Shown here: in pieces, positions 1 to 13,773 of the stretch
How positions within the stretch are numbered: position 1 is the stretch's first letter
How the letters are laid out: each line of letters opens with the position of its first letter
Translations under genes and position numbers: made by a program
Notes under the pieces: generated by a model
Seen by the model: the letters and a program-made list of their open reading frames with translations, nothing else
The model's database searches: none
What the model was told of the DNA's origin: nothing
NCBI RefSeq assembly: GCF_009914755.1
Contig: NC_060932.1
Origin: the human T2T-CHM13v2.0 reference genome, Homo sapiens
Direction: 5' to 3' (one strand)
Length of the DNA stretch: 64,000 nt

Positions 1-500
1 TGCATTAGGATTACAGACAATTTCTGTTTGCAAATGACTCCAAGAACAGTTTTTATATTTTATTTTCACATTGAAAGTCAGTCAGATTTGCATCAGCTTC
101 AAAAAGCATGTTATATAAAATCATATGAGTACTGGCCATCTGCACTTTTTTTTTTTCTGAATGGGCAATGGGTTAAAAAGTGTCAGACTCTCCTGAAGAG
201 CCCTAGTAAAGGAAGGAGATTCTCTACAGAATGTAAATTTCCCCATCAAGAGACAGCTTTGCAGGGCTATTTCAAAATATGTCAAAGAAATGTATTTCAG
301 GATAAAATACTTTTATTTTCTTTGGGGCCCACTATCTATCATATGATGTTATACCAGATTCAGTTTGGAATTTGGCACAGTCTGTTTTCTCAGCCTTAAG
401 ATCGCTGTTTTAATGTTAATGCTGGTCAGTTGTGTCTAAACTCCAAAGGGAGGAAGATATAATAAGGGATCTGCAACACCTCCCACCTTCCCATCATTGC
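1..500 (-). mobile_element. ERV1 (MER4-group) LTR/internal fragments
   Basis: Resembles MER4-type LTR sequence (GAGACAGCTTTGCAGGGCTATTTCAAAATATGTCAAAGAAA). Family assigned from memory. Confidence 0.55.
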
Positions 501-3500
501 CTGATATAAGAATAGCTACTCCTGCTCTCTTTTGATTCCCATTTGCATGGAATACCTTTTCCCACCATTTTACCTTGAGTTTGTTTGAATCCTGCTGTGT
601 TAGGTGAGTCCCTTGAAGACAGTGGATATTTGGATTGTGATCTTCAATCCATTCTCCCATTCTGTATCTTTTGAGTGGAGCATTTAGGCCATTTACATTC
701 GATGTTAATATTACATTCTATGTTAATATTGAAATATGAAGTACTTTTCTTCATCATGTTAATTGTTATCTAGATATGTTTTCTCACTGTGTTATTGTTT
801 TATAGGCCTGTGAGTTTTAAGTTTTTAAGAGGTTCTATTTTGATGTATATTGAGCTTTTGTTTCAAAGTTTAGAACTCCTTACAGCAGTTCTTGGAGAGC
901 TGGTTTGGAAGTGACAAATTCCCTCAGCATTTGTTTGTCTGAAAATAACTTTATTTCTCCATTTACAAAACTTAGTTTTGCAGGATACAAAATTCTTGGC
1001 TGACAGTTGTTCTGTTTAAGGAGGTTGAAGATACAACCCCAGTCCCCTGAGGTTTCTGCTGAGAAGTCTGCTGTTAGTCTGATAGGTTTTCCTTTGTAAT
1101 TTCACTGCTGCTTTTTTCTTACTGCTCTTAGAATTATTTCCTTCATGTTGACTCTAAATAGCCTGATGACTATATGCCTTAGTGAATGTGTAATGAATTT
1201 CCCAGGAGTTCTTTGAGCTTCTTGGATTTGCATATCTAGATTTCCAGGCAGGCGAGGGAAGTTTTCCTCAATTATTCCCTAAAACAGGTTTTCCAGACTT
1301 ACTATTTTCTCTTCTTCCCCAGGAACACCAATAATTCTTAGGTTGGGCCACTTTACATAATCCCATACTTCTTAGAGACTTTGTTCATTTCCTTTTATTA
1401 TTTTTCTTTATTTTTGTCTGATTGGGTTAATTCAAAAGTCTTGTTTTTAAGCTCTGAAATTCTTTATTCTACATGTTCTAGTTTATTGTTAAAAGTTTCC
1501 ACTGTAATTACAAAATTACAGTGGAAATTTTGTAATTCCCTCAGTGTGTCTTTCATTTCCAAAAGTTCCATTTGTTTCTTTCTTGATGATACCTATCTCT
1601 CTGGAAAATTTTTCATTCAAATCCTGAACTGCTTTTTAATTTCTTTAAGATGGTTTCCACCTTTCTCCAATATCTTCTTGAGTAGCTTAATAATCAATCT
1701 TCATATTTCTTATCTGGTATTTCAAAGATTTCATCTTGATTTGAGTCCATTGCTGGATAGCTAGTGTGATCTTTTAGGTGTGTTATAGCACCTTGTTTTG
1801 TCATATTACTGGAGTTATTTTTCTGGTTCCTTCTCATTTGGATAGACTACTTCTTCTCGTTATTCTTGAATTTATATTTGATATGACTGTGTTTCTCTTA
1901 TTTGCTTGTTTGTTTTTAAATTTCTTTTTTCCCCTTAAGGATGAGACTTTAATTCTTATAGTTAATTATAGCCTAATTCAGTTCTTGGTGCTTTAGAGGG
2001 TGAAGACCCTTGGTTATAGAGAGTCTTTGTATGATGGTTTTCTTATATGCTAGTTGTAGTAGCAATGTGCTCAGTGTGTGAGCAAGTTCACTGTGTCCTA
2101 TGGGGTTGGAATGGTAGAGGTCTCTTAAAGCTTATCCCATTCCCCCATAGTGTGGACTTATTTATTTATTAATTTTCCCCCAGTATTTTATTTACTAATT
2201 TGATAGTTCAGGCTTCAGGCCAGTAGGGGAGGTGTCCCTGGGTAGGAACCAGCTGTGGCTAAAGCAGGTGGGTGAATGATGTCCCAGGCTTGACAGAGGA
2301 GGCCAGAGGAGCTCTCAGTGAGTTACACTGGGGTCTTATTGTGGGAAGGGTTGGAGCCACATCAGCCCTGCTGCCAGATCACCAGGAAAGTTACCCACCT
2401 CTCAGGCATGCTCCTGTCCCAGTGTTCCTGCTGTTCAGGAGCTGACTGACAGGCCTTTTTTTCATGACCTTTTTTTCATCTGTAGGAATGTTGATGTTCC
2501 AAATAGAGAGGAATTGTGGCTCTGCCTCTCATGCAACCTTGAACCTAGAGGGTGCTCCTCCTGTGGGGATGTGTTCCAGGAAGACTGTCTATAGTTGCAC
2601 CCACACTAAGCTCCCATGGGAGAAGCCCAACTGTGCCTATGGTGGTGGATAACATGGGAAAGACTTCCTTTTCTCCAAGACCCTTCACATGCGCCAGAGC
2701 TGTCTGACTGTTGGGATACAGTGAAGACCTTCCTTGCTGAGCCCAGCACTTCAACTGTGTGTCTACTGAAGGAAGCCTTCCATCTGGTGCTCAAGGCCTG
2801 CCTCCTGGATTCTTTTGTCCCACAGGGTGTTCCCTTGATGTGATGCAGTCCTCCTTCCCCTGCAAGTGGGAGTCCCTGGAAGTCCCTGGGAGCCAGGTCA
2901 CTGTGAGTGTTCTTGCTCCTCTGGGTCTAGCTGCCCAGAGAAGTTGACACACTCGAGGCTGGTGTTGGGGAATGTCTGCAAGGGATCCAGTTATGTGACC
3001 TATGCTCAAGTTTCCCTGCAGTGGGTAGCAGCACCAGCTCTAATGGGAGTGGCAAGGTTGTGACACAGATTCTGTGAAATTCCTTTGTTATTGATAGCCT
3101 TAGTGTGTTAGCTTTCTTGAATGCGGGTTATAGTAGTAATGAACTGGTCATGTGGACGGACTCAGGACCTCCTGTTCAGCCAGAGTGGTGCAGGCAGCAG
3201 TGATAGCTGAGATCCCATAGCGGTTTTCTCCTTCCTGGGTGCAATGTTAATCTACCAGGAGATACTGTCAAGGACTGTGTGGGTTGGCCTCCAGCTAGGA
3301 GGTGGCGCTTGCAAAAGAGCAGCAGCTGCGGTAGTAGCCCTGGGATTTTTGCTTGCCTGATGTTGCCCAGAGGGGGATACTCTGGTTTCTCCGGACATGG
3401 GCGGGGCCATGTCGCTCCCAGGAGACTCTGTCCTTTGCGTTGAGTTACCAGGGCGGGTGGCCGGGCAAAGCCAGGTAGGGGCTGGGTCGGGAGGGCCTGC

Positions 3501-4490
3501 ACACTGGTCTCCGTGTGCAGAGAAAGAAGGAGCTTCTATGGGTATTGGGGGATGGGAGCGGGTCTCAGGCCACTAGGTTAATGTTTCAGAGGGCAGCGTT
3601 GCTGCCCCTGCTGCACAGAAGAGTCTGTGCAAGAAGTAGGGAGTAGCAGGCGGTGGTAAGCTCCACAGTTCCTACCCACTTGACAAGGCAGATCCACTCC
3701 CACGGTGTTCCACTGGAAGCAGCGAGCTGAGTTCCTGTCAGCCTGTAATCAGAACTCGCGGCTGCCGGGAGTCATAAGCTTTCCCCGCAGAGATTGCAGT
3801 CCAGGCGTTCAGGCCACGCCCCTCCCTGTCCGCTGCAAAGCCGGCGTGTTCCCGTGGCTCCTGCACTTGCAGTTTCTGCACCCACGACTTCTGCACCTAC
3901 GGCTCCTGCACTTGCAGCCCGCTTTTCACCCTCCCCGCCCCGGCCCTGGCCAAGGAAGTTCGTCCCCACCGAGGTTGTACTGTGAACCCCGTTGGGAGAT
4001 TCTTTCAAACTGCAACCAGCGCCTGAACTTTGTAGCTGGCCGCAAGGCCTCCTGTGAGGAACAGTAAGGAATGGCTGCACTTAATCTACGCTGGGATCTG
4101 GAAGTGCATGCAAGGGTCTCCCCCTAAAAGTATGGAATAGTTTATAGTCCATAACCATCCCCAAGTCGGTTCCTGCGTTAGTTCGGGTTAGGGCTTCCCC
4201 GCCAGCACCCCCACCTTGTGTCCTGGACTTTCAGGATCCCTAGTGGGGATGTGTATCCCAGAGGCAAATTCACTCTGTCACACTCAGGGGACTCGCAGCC
4301 CTTCGACTGACTCAGTGTAGGCTGCAGTCTCCTGCTTCCTTCAAAACATCAATAGATTCCTATGGTTTTCCTGTTCAGTTATTGCGTTGCTTCTCGAAAA
4401 ATAGTTCACAACGTGAATCTGTACACACTATTTTGTCCTTCCAAGTGGAAGAGGTATGCTAGCAGTTCCTCTAATCCACCATTTTGGAAA
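501..4490 (-). mobile_element. Old LINE-1 5' portion (5' UTR, ORF1, start of ORF2 endonuclease)
   Basis: Minus ORF 436-660 (CLQGTHL...KVFHANGNQKRAGVAILIS) is L1 ORF2 endonuclease. ORF1-type sequence spans about 800-1800, with a GC-richer 5' UTR beyond. Confidence 0.85.
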
Positions 4491-4669
4491 AGCATTCCTA
4501 ATTTTTCAAGGATAGAAACATTTTTATGGCCTGGTCATCCTAAATAGCACAAAACGTCTTTGTCCATTGCAAACTATAACATACTCAATATTTCAACTTA
4601 AATATTTTCAATATGACTTTCACTTCATTGTTTTCAACATCAAACCACGAGTGTTCATTAGTAGGTTCC

Positions 4670-5480
4670 CAAGTTAGACAATCCAATAGAAAAATGGACG
4701 AACGTCTTGAAGGGTCATATCACAAATAAGGATATCTAAATGGCCAATAAACATCTGAAAAGGTGCTCAGCTTCATTAGTCATCCATGCAACACAAATCA
4801 AACCCCATATGTCATCACTATATTCTCCCTAGAATATCTTTTTAAAGGCATAAAATACTAGATGTGGACAAGAATGTAAAGCAACAAGAATGCTCACACA
4901 TTGTGGATGAGAGTATAAATTGGTACAACCAATTTGGAAAACAATCAGATGCTATGTATTTACTAAAACTGAATGTATGCATAGCCTGTGCCCTAGGAAT
5001 TTCTCTCCTAGGTATATAACCCCCACAGAAATCCCTGCACCACAACCCTATTTATAAAAGTGAAAACTGGAAACTACAAATAAGACCATCTTCACTTACA
5101 ATATTCAAATAAATTGTAATATCTTTCCCAATGTATTACAGTATGCCATTGAGAAGGATAAACTACAATTACATGAAACAGATTAATAAACTTCACAAAA
5201 GTAATGTAGTGGGGAAGACGCCAGACACAAAGGAATACCTACAATTCCATTTATATAAAGTTCAAAAATAGATGTCAGCGCCTTCCTATTAAAAGTCAGG
5301 CTAGGAATTATTTTGTGTGGAGTAGTGACTGGTAGTGCCTGGGATGTTGTAACATTCTTTTGTGGGGGCAGGATGCTGGTTACACAGGTGTGTTAAATTT
5401 GTGCAGTTCATGAGGATGTTTACTCATGATTTGTACATTTTTTAATTGTATGTTATACTTCAAAAAGTTCTTAAGAGACT
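4670..5480 (+). mobile_element. Ancient L1 (L1M) 3' end
   Basis: AAATGGCCAATAAACATCTGAAAAGGTGCTCA and CCATTTATATAAAGTTCAAAA, typical of L1M ORF2 end and 3' UTR. Confidence 0.75.
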
Positions 5481-5678
5481 TTTAAGAAGCGACAAATTAA
5501 TAAAAAGAAAAATACTCAATACAAGGAATTAGAGTATTTCTGTAAGAGAGACAATAAAGAGAAATACAGCAGACACAGGAACACTGATAGGCTAAAGCCA
5601 TTGTTTTAATCGAATGGTGCAACTGAGAGGGATCTGGGTTCCCAGAGGAAATCAGCAACAGCTTTCAGGTACTCACAA

Positions 5679-5848
5679 CTATTTCCCAGTCAGTATAGGT
5701 AAATATTTTGGGTTTACACAGCACAAATGTATAGTATCACACAAAATACGATATTGTTCGTTTTTTAGACATTTTGGCCGGCAAGTACCTTGCAGTCGCC
5801 AACATGAAGCAAAGATTTTTTGTATGTAGACATTGGGTCCACTTCTAC
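5679..5848 (-). CDS. DEFB135: Beta-defensin 135, exon 2 (mature peptide)
   Basis: Acceptor TTCTCTTGGCAG precedes (G)RSGPNVYIQKIFASCWRLQGTCRPKCLKNEQYRILCDTIHLCCVNPKYLPILTGK*, which carries the six-cysteine beta-defensin motif C-x6-C-x3-C-x9-C-x5-CC. Recognised as DEFB135. Confidence 0.96.
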
Positions 5849-6851
5849 CTGCCAAGAGAAACAAAGGTTAATGCACAGTTAGTGTCCTGAAGTGTCATGT
5901 TGTCATGGATAAAATTAGACCTCAGACCATAGTTTTCACTTTTTAATAATGAATTAGACGCGATCAAAGATACTCAAGACATTTTATAGCTGGATGCCCC
6001 TTTTCAGTTGCTCTTACCTTGTTTTCCAGGGGCCCTATTATAAGCCATTATATGAATCCACAATTAGTTACATGAATTACTGATCAACTGTGTGGAGTTA
6101 ACAGGACCCAGCATATTCAGCTTGAGACTATTGGCTTCAGAAAGAATATTCAGACATCGAAGTCATCCCAGGAGCCTGCAGAGGTCCCATACCAGGAGGC
6201 ATGCAGGGTCTGGAATAGCTACCTGAGGCAGTTTGTGATTATCAAAGTGTCAGCATAAAGAAAGAAGGATCACTGAAGTGGAATTTTAGAAGCCTGCACT
6301 TCTACCCCTGTATTCCCCAAAAACATTCTGCATGACTTTTTGTCAAGTGCTTAATCACAAGGTACTTAAGAAGTACCCATTCTCCCATGGGTACTTTGCA
6401 CCCATGGGAGAATGAGTGTGAAATGGTTTGAAATACCTGAGACAAATATGGAAATTTATTGCTAGTAATTTTTCTACACCTTAAGAACTGGGAGCCTCTG
6501 GAAACCAGAGGGTGGAGGAGGGGTAATAGGAAGGCAGTTTAAGAGGGTAAGGGTGGCCCTGAGTTGCCCCTACTGTATCACCTGCTCTTGCATGCTAAGT
6601 CTTATCAGTTTCTCCACCCAGGTGCCCCCATGAGTCCATGGATTGAACCTTTGTGGTGTGAAAATAATCAATGTGGTATGGTCAAGGGCCGTTAGCAGGC
6701 AAACTTGCCCACCATGTGCTCCCTAGACCTCAGGCACTTTTCTGGGGACAAAGGAGTCCAGTAGAGACACACTGCAAAGTGTCGGAGGTCCCACCATGCA
6801 GGACATCAGCCATCATCTCAACATGGTCCTCATTCGTATCTGTCTTCGTTT

Positions 6852-7157
<306 letters not shown>

Positions 7158-7884
7158 TCATATCTGTCTTTTAAACACTTCACACTTGGTCCTTGAGTGA
7201 TACGCTTTATATATGAAGGTTTGAGGCAAAGGGTAGGGGCTCTCTGCTGACCCCAGAAAACCACAAGCAAAACAGTTTTGAGAACCTCCACTTTAGTGAC
7301 TGAAGTAGACTCTTCTCATTATCACCAAGTTGCTGGCTTCTGTCCACAGAATGTAAATTCTGACCTCTCAAACTGATGTTTCATAGGACCTCATCATGCT
7401 ATAAGTTAGTGTAATACATCTTAACCAGCTGTGTCTGTGGATTCTGCTCAGCATAAAATTTACCTTGGCTTCTAAATGAGTGAAAAATAACATGGGTGGC
7501 TGACTGTAGAAGGCAAGTTCTAAGAGCCCTCAAAGAACAGTCTCCTTCTCATCCCCAAGTCCTCGCTATTCTTTGAAAGTCTCATCTTTTTGCTCTGCCC
7601 TACTTCTGCCAGTACCAACAGTCCAGCCTTCCCCTCAAACTTCACCAGCTCCTCAAACCAAAATCCATAACCAGTTTCTTTTCTGAAGAGAGCTACCTCC
7701 TGTTCTGTGTCCTTTGGATCTTTTCTCCATTCTCTGGACCAGCCCAGCATGTCCATCTCTGCTCACTTTCCTCCCTGTTGCAGCTTCCTTTGTCCAAGTC
7801 CTGCCTTTTTCTCACTCTTGTAGAACCTCACACCTTTTTTCCCTTTACTATTCCTAATTCTACAAGGTGGGGACTCCATTTTAC

Positions 7885-7948
7885 CTGGTGGAACATAGAA
7901 GAGTAAGTTAAGGACCACGAGGGCCAAGAGGACGCTCCTTGTGGCCAT
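7885..7948 (-). CDS. DEFB135: Beta-defensin 135, exon 1 (signal peptide)
   Basis: ATG at 7948 encodes MATRSVLLALVVLNLLFYVPP-G, a hydrophobic signal peptide. The exon is 64 nt and ends at a phase-1 GTAAAA donor (7884). It joins exon 2 in frame for 234 nt total, 77 aa. Confidence 0.96.
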
Positions 7949-8899
7949 ACCAATCAGCAAAGAAGCAGCTGTGACTCATCGGAGAGTCACTCTCTCCGCA
8001 GCTTTGAAGAGACGGGGAGCTGCATGGCTAGTGAACCTTTTGGAACAAGAACATCTGCCTGCTCCACTGAGCAATCCAATCAGCAAAATGTCTGTTTGAA
8101 CATGACATCCCTTCATTAAAGCACACTTCCTGGGTGCCACATGCATGCTAGCAACTGCATGAACACTGTGTAGGCAGCCCTATTCTAGGCCCTGGTAGGG
8201 TGCTGTGTAGGTGTCTGTGTATCTTCATTGTACATCCACTAAAATGCCTATAGTGTGCAGAGAACCATAAGGCTGCCTTACATAGTTGACAAAGAGTTTG
8301 TTTTTTTTTTCAACCTTACACACACACGAAGTCCAGGTAGGCATGATTCTCTCCATTTTAAAAACAAAAATAAAGAGTCTCAGGTAGAAGAAATGACTTT
8401 CTCAAGCTCACATAGATCCTAAATGGTAGCAACATGATTTATAAGCAGGCTTCCCTGACTCCTATATACAGAAGTACTAAAGTATGGCCTTGCCCAGTTC
8501 TGGTATAGCTGTAATGTCTTTAGGAAAATAAGAGCTCCTCAAAAACAGCATGGAAAAAGCAAGTCCCCATAACACCCGCAACATGACCCAGGGAAAAACA
8601 CTGAGTCTATGGCTCCCCATTGAGCATATGCTGTGTGCCGGGTAATGGGGGGGCATACAAAGAATTTATGACAAAAGTCTTGCTTGGAGGGACTAAAGTC
8701 GACAGTGTTTGACAGTTTTTGAAGTGTTTTAAGTTTTTCAGCAACTTTATCTGATACTGTATGAAGAACACAAAACCCAGAATCAGAAAGTCTTTCTGGT
8801 CTGGACTCTGCATGCAGTAGCTTGACAAGCTTTTAATAAAGCACGTACTTTACCTCACTGACCATCAGTTTTCTCACTTGGAAAGAAGGTTGTACACCT

Positions 8900-9490
8900 G
8901 GCCAGGTGCAGTTGCTCATGCCTATAATTCTAACGTTTTGGGAGGCTGAGGAAGGTGGATTGCTTGAGCTCAGCAGTTCAAGACCAGCCTGGGCAACATG
9001 GCAAAACCCCATCTCTACAAAAAATGCAAAAATTAGCCAGGCATGATAGTGAGCGCCTGTACTCCTAGCTACTCAGGAGGCTGAGGTGGGAGAATCACCT
9101 GAACCCAGGAGGTCAAGGCTGCAGTGAGCCATGATTGCACCACTGCACTCCAGCCTGGGTGACACAGTGAGACTCTGTCTTAAACAACAACAACAACAAA
9201 AAAAAGGTTGTACTCCATCATTCCCACCTATCAGGAAGGCTTGTCGCAAGGCCAAATGAAGTAACTCTTAAGGCCAGTCCTTTATAGAACATATAGAACA
9301 TATATTTAAGGAACTATTAGACTCATGTAACAGAAGAAGACATTTAAAACTATAGATATTGGCCAGGTGTGGTGGCATGTGCCTGTAATCGCAGCACTTT
9401 GGGAGGCCGAGATGAGAAGATCGCTTGAGGCCAGGCATTCAAGATCATCATGGGCAACATAGTGAGACCCCTTTCTCTATTTAAAGAAAT
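8900..9490 (+). mobile_element. Alu (J-like, 8900-9205) and free left monomer (9361-9490)
   Basis: Alu consensus; the first has a (CAA)n tail. Confidence 0.92.
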
Positions 9491-9699
9491 AAAACTAGAC
9501 ATGTTGCTTCTCCAGCTAGAGAGTGAAATAGCCAGGACTAGGAACACATGCTTCCCTCTCTCTGTCCCTGTTTTATTCACAAGAATGCATCAAATGTATG
9601 CCACTTCAATGGACTCTTGTTTTCCAACTTCAGGATGTTTGCGATGTGGTTGAGATTGCACATCTGTGAAAGACTCATAAAGAACTGCAGAGCAGAAAA

Positions 9700-11210
9700 T
9701 CAGTAAATAGAGAAAGAATAGAGGACCTGAGTTTTGAGGAGCACAAAGAGAAAAGATTAAGCAAGCACAAATGCATTAAGGGACTCTCCTGAGACCCACT
9801 TTCCAACCTGCAGCATTAGGCACAGCCTGATTTGCACTCTCTCAGCTGCCATGGTCCTGATCTTCTGTTCTCCAAGAAACTCCCTCTGTCTCCATCTCAA
9901 CCCTTCCCACTGTGCCGTCCAGAACCACAGTTCTACTATAAACATACCTTCTACTTTATGTCTTCCCCAAGAACACTCTTCCATCTCTGTGTCTTGGCAA
10001 AATGCTAGGTCCTTCTCTAAGGACACTGCTTCCTGGCAGCCTTGGTGACTGGAAGCTGTTCATTGACCCAGGCTCCACACACCAGAGGACAAGTAAGCCC
10101 CACTTCACAATCTCCTGAACGATACCTGAGATGATCCTGACACCGCCTTTCCCTCACCCTGTCCACATTGAATTGCTCGTCAAACGTTCCCAGTTCTGCC
10201 TTCAGCATGCGTTTCACACTCGCCCATTTCCATCTCCACTGCTGCCACTGCGTCCATGCCATCACCTCTGTCACCAAACTCAGTAAATGGCCTCTTAAAT
10301 GGCTCCCATATCATTTTTAGATATTTACCATTTATTCTCCACTTGGTAACCAAAATGACCTTTTATAAAACTGAAATTGATTTATGCATTTGCCCTGTGG
10401 AAAATCCTTCAGGATGGCTTCCCCCTGGCCCCACTCTTCACAGGTCAGGACTATTACAATTCAAGGTGAGTTTTAGGTAGGGACATAGCCAAACCATATC
10501 AGCATCCTCTCCAAGTATTTGCTTCTTAAGATGATGTTCTTGTTCTGTATCACATCACAATCTTCCTGGATTGCTTTGTACCTTTCAGGCACATTGTCAG
10601 AGTCTTTTCCACAATTCTACCTTCCCTTTTCTTGCCATAAATGCTGATGTGAGGTTTGCTCCTCAATCTTATTTTCTTCTTACTCTTCTGAATCTCTCTT
10701 GTTGAATTCATTCATTTTTATGACTCTTTGACTTTTGATTCTAAAATTTATATATGCAATCTCAGTTCCTCTTTTAAACTTCCCAACTGTCTACTTGGCT
10801 GCTCCACCTAGACATCCTACAGGAAGCTCAAACTCAACCTATCCAAAACATTACTAATTTTTTTCTCATCCTTCCTCCCAAAACCTCTGGTGTTTCCAGT
10901 GAACTTCACCACTGAACCCACAAACTTAAATCAGAAACCTGGAAATTATCCTAACTACCTTTCTCTTTCTAAATTCCACAGATATTAAAAATCAAGTATT
11001 TATTTATTTTATTTCTTATTGCTCTTGAGATGAATATTCTCCTTTTTACACTACTGCCAATACTCTTACTTTACTTCTCACTTGATCTTGGAGTCATAAA
11101 GCCTTGTAATGGGTCTCCATGACTTTGATTTTACAACACCCTAAACCCATATTAAGACAAGTGTGGACTTGATTCCCCCAGCTTAAACTCCTAAGCACAG
11201 CATTAAAATA
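9700..11210 (+). mobile_element. Degenerate L2 fragments
   Basis: L2-like words (CTCCACCTAGACATCCTACAGG..CTCAAACTCAACCTATCCAAAAC; CTCCATCTCCACTGC-like). Confidence 0.55.
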
Positions 11211-11214
11211 CCCT

Positions 11215-13723
11215 TAGTGACATTATGCTAAGTGAAATAAGTCAAGCACAGAAAGACAAATACCGCATAATCTTACTTATATGTGGAATCTAGAAAAGTC
11301 AAACTCAGAAGCAGGGAGAAGAATGGTGGTTACCAGAGGCTAGGGCCAGGAGTGCAGAGAGGGGAGATATTGGTCAAAGGGTACAAAGTTTCATTTTGTC
11401 AAGACGCCTGAGTAAAGACATGGGACACTCTCCCTCTCCAGAAAAAAAGAACCAAAATTGTGAATTACACCTAGGATAGAACATCTATGAGAAAACTCCA
11501 GAGTTAAACAGAGAAGTTACAGGAAACACTGGAGCCATAGAAGGAGCAGGATGTGGGTTGGCTAGGAGCCTGGAATGGCTCCCATTTGCTGGGAAAAGGT
11601 AAATGAGAGCCTCTCGGGGGTTCACATCTCCATCTCAGACTACTGTAACCCTAGCAGCAGGAGGGCTTTTATCCCACGTGGGCCCTGAGATTAGCGTGGG
11701 TGGTGATCAGGATACCTCTCAAGGGCATTGCTCCACACAGGGAAGTCATGTTGAGTTATACACATCTCCTGAGATCTAAGCGGCTGCAGCACAGTGCTAG
11801 TGCAAGCGCCCAGCCTCCACCAGAATGAATCCTGTCCTGGGAACCAAGAGGCCCCACATCTCCACAGAGGAGAACCCCCACTGATATCCCCTGACGTCCA
11901 CCCAGATGGCTGCAGTGGCTCGGCACTGGCTGAACCCAGTGATGCTACAGAGTCCTCAGCACTTTAGCCCAAGTGGAGTACTACTCCCTGGGGAAAGGAT
12001 GGTGCAGTGCACCCAGGAGACTCTCGCAGGGACAAAGGGAGCCCTACTGGGAGCTTTCCAGAGCCTGACAGCTCCCGTCTGGGACTGTAAGAAGCAACCC
12101 TGCCCCCACCAGTAGAATGACATCTATGCTTGGGCTCACCCCCTAGGCCACTGCAGCAGCTGCTGGTCCCGCCAGGAGTCAAAACAAGTTGGTCTGAGAG
12201 CTGCCTCTCTGGATCTGTGAATAACACCCTGCCCTCACTAGCAGTACAGCCCCTGTGCTCCAGCCCATACACAGAAGGTGGGGTCTCTTCCTTTACTCCC
12301 ATGCACAACACTACAGCTGCTGCTGCTGCTACTGGCAGCCAATGCGAGTGAATCCAGGAGCTGCTTGTCTGGGTCTGTGAATAGCGACCACTCCCTGACC
12401 AGCAGCAAGGCCTTTGTGCTTGAGCTCACATGCAGAAGGCAGGATCCCTCCGCTGCCCTGAACAACACTGCAGCCACGAGCTGAAGCAAGCACTACTCAG
12501 AGCCTGAGAATTTTCTGCTTAGGGCTGTGATCACCAACCTCATCCCTATCAGAAGCACATCCTCTGTGCTTTCGTTTGTGTTCTGAATACAGGCTCCCTC
12601 CCCATATACACCATGGCAGCTACTGCTACTGCTGGAAATGAAGTGTGAACTCCCAGAGCCTGAGAGCTCCTTGCAAGGGACAGTTGAGAGCAACCTTACC
12701 CATACCAGCAGCAGGATTGCTGTGCTCTAGCACAACCTCTGAGGTCAGGCTCTCCACTCACCACCACAGATCGCTCAGCCCCACCTACTACAGCCTACAC
12801 TCCTGCACGCCACCAAAGCCTTGACGTCATGCCCCCAGATACTGAGCACCCCATCTGAAGACTAGGAATTACCCGATCCATTCCACCATCTCTGGTCCTT
12901 GTACACTCCTCCTAGGGACCTGAAGATGGGCCCACCTAGCCTGCTGCCAACACCACCAACCACAGCCACCCACATGTGTTGCCTAGGAGCCTAGAGACTA
13001 GCCTGCCAAGCCCATCATAGCCACCACTAACATTAGGAAGTGCACCTGGGAGCCTGAGTGTTATCCTGCACCACTGCTACCCTCACTCACACTATTCATG
13101 CTGCCCAGGGACCTGAGAACCTACCCACCCATCCAGCCCTCCACTGCCACTGCCAGTACCAAGAAATCTGCCTGGGATTGGCCCACCTGGACCTGCTAAC
13201 ACTGGTGCCCACATACACCATCCAGTGACCCAAGGTCACGTATGCATTGTCTGTCATTATCACTACAAGGGCTTGAGGAGTGGCCAACCTGGCATCCCTA
13301 ACCCCAGCAAAGCCTCACCATAGCTTCCATTAGCAACTGCAGCCAAGCCACTGAGGAAATTACAGATACCACTGATGCTATTCACAGCCAAAGAGATTCA
13401 TGGGATGGGGAGACAGGTCCTTGGGATTTTACTGTTGTCTAGGAAGCAGAATCTTTTCCAACTTTATTTCGTGTAAAGTGTTCATTACAGCATGAATACA
13501 AGATGTATTCAATCCACAAATACAACAGCCCACAGGCATTCAGGAGGTTGTACATCACAAAAGAGAAAAATCAAGACTAACAGCATAATGAACTGTTGTT
13601 TGGGGGAATTTGACCATCTGATTCTAAAATCTGTATGGAAATGAAAAGAACCAAAAATAGCCAAGACACTCACACACACAAAAAAGATAAGTGGGAAGAT
13701 TTGGCTCTGTTGGAGACAGACTC

Positions 13724-13773
<50 letters not shown>

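Noticed and set aside
8042-8053. GGAACA-AGAACA as an androgen response element upstream of DEFB135
   Set aside because: The half-sites have no spacer, unlike the 3-nt spacing of canonical or selective AREs.
13096-13287. Minus ORF with a faint glycogenin-like N-terminus (MTDNAYVTL)
   Set aside because: It lies in antisense L1 5' UTR sequence and the similarity does not extend.
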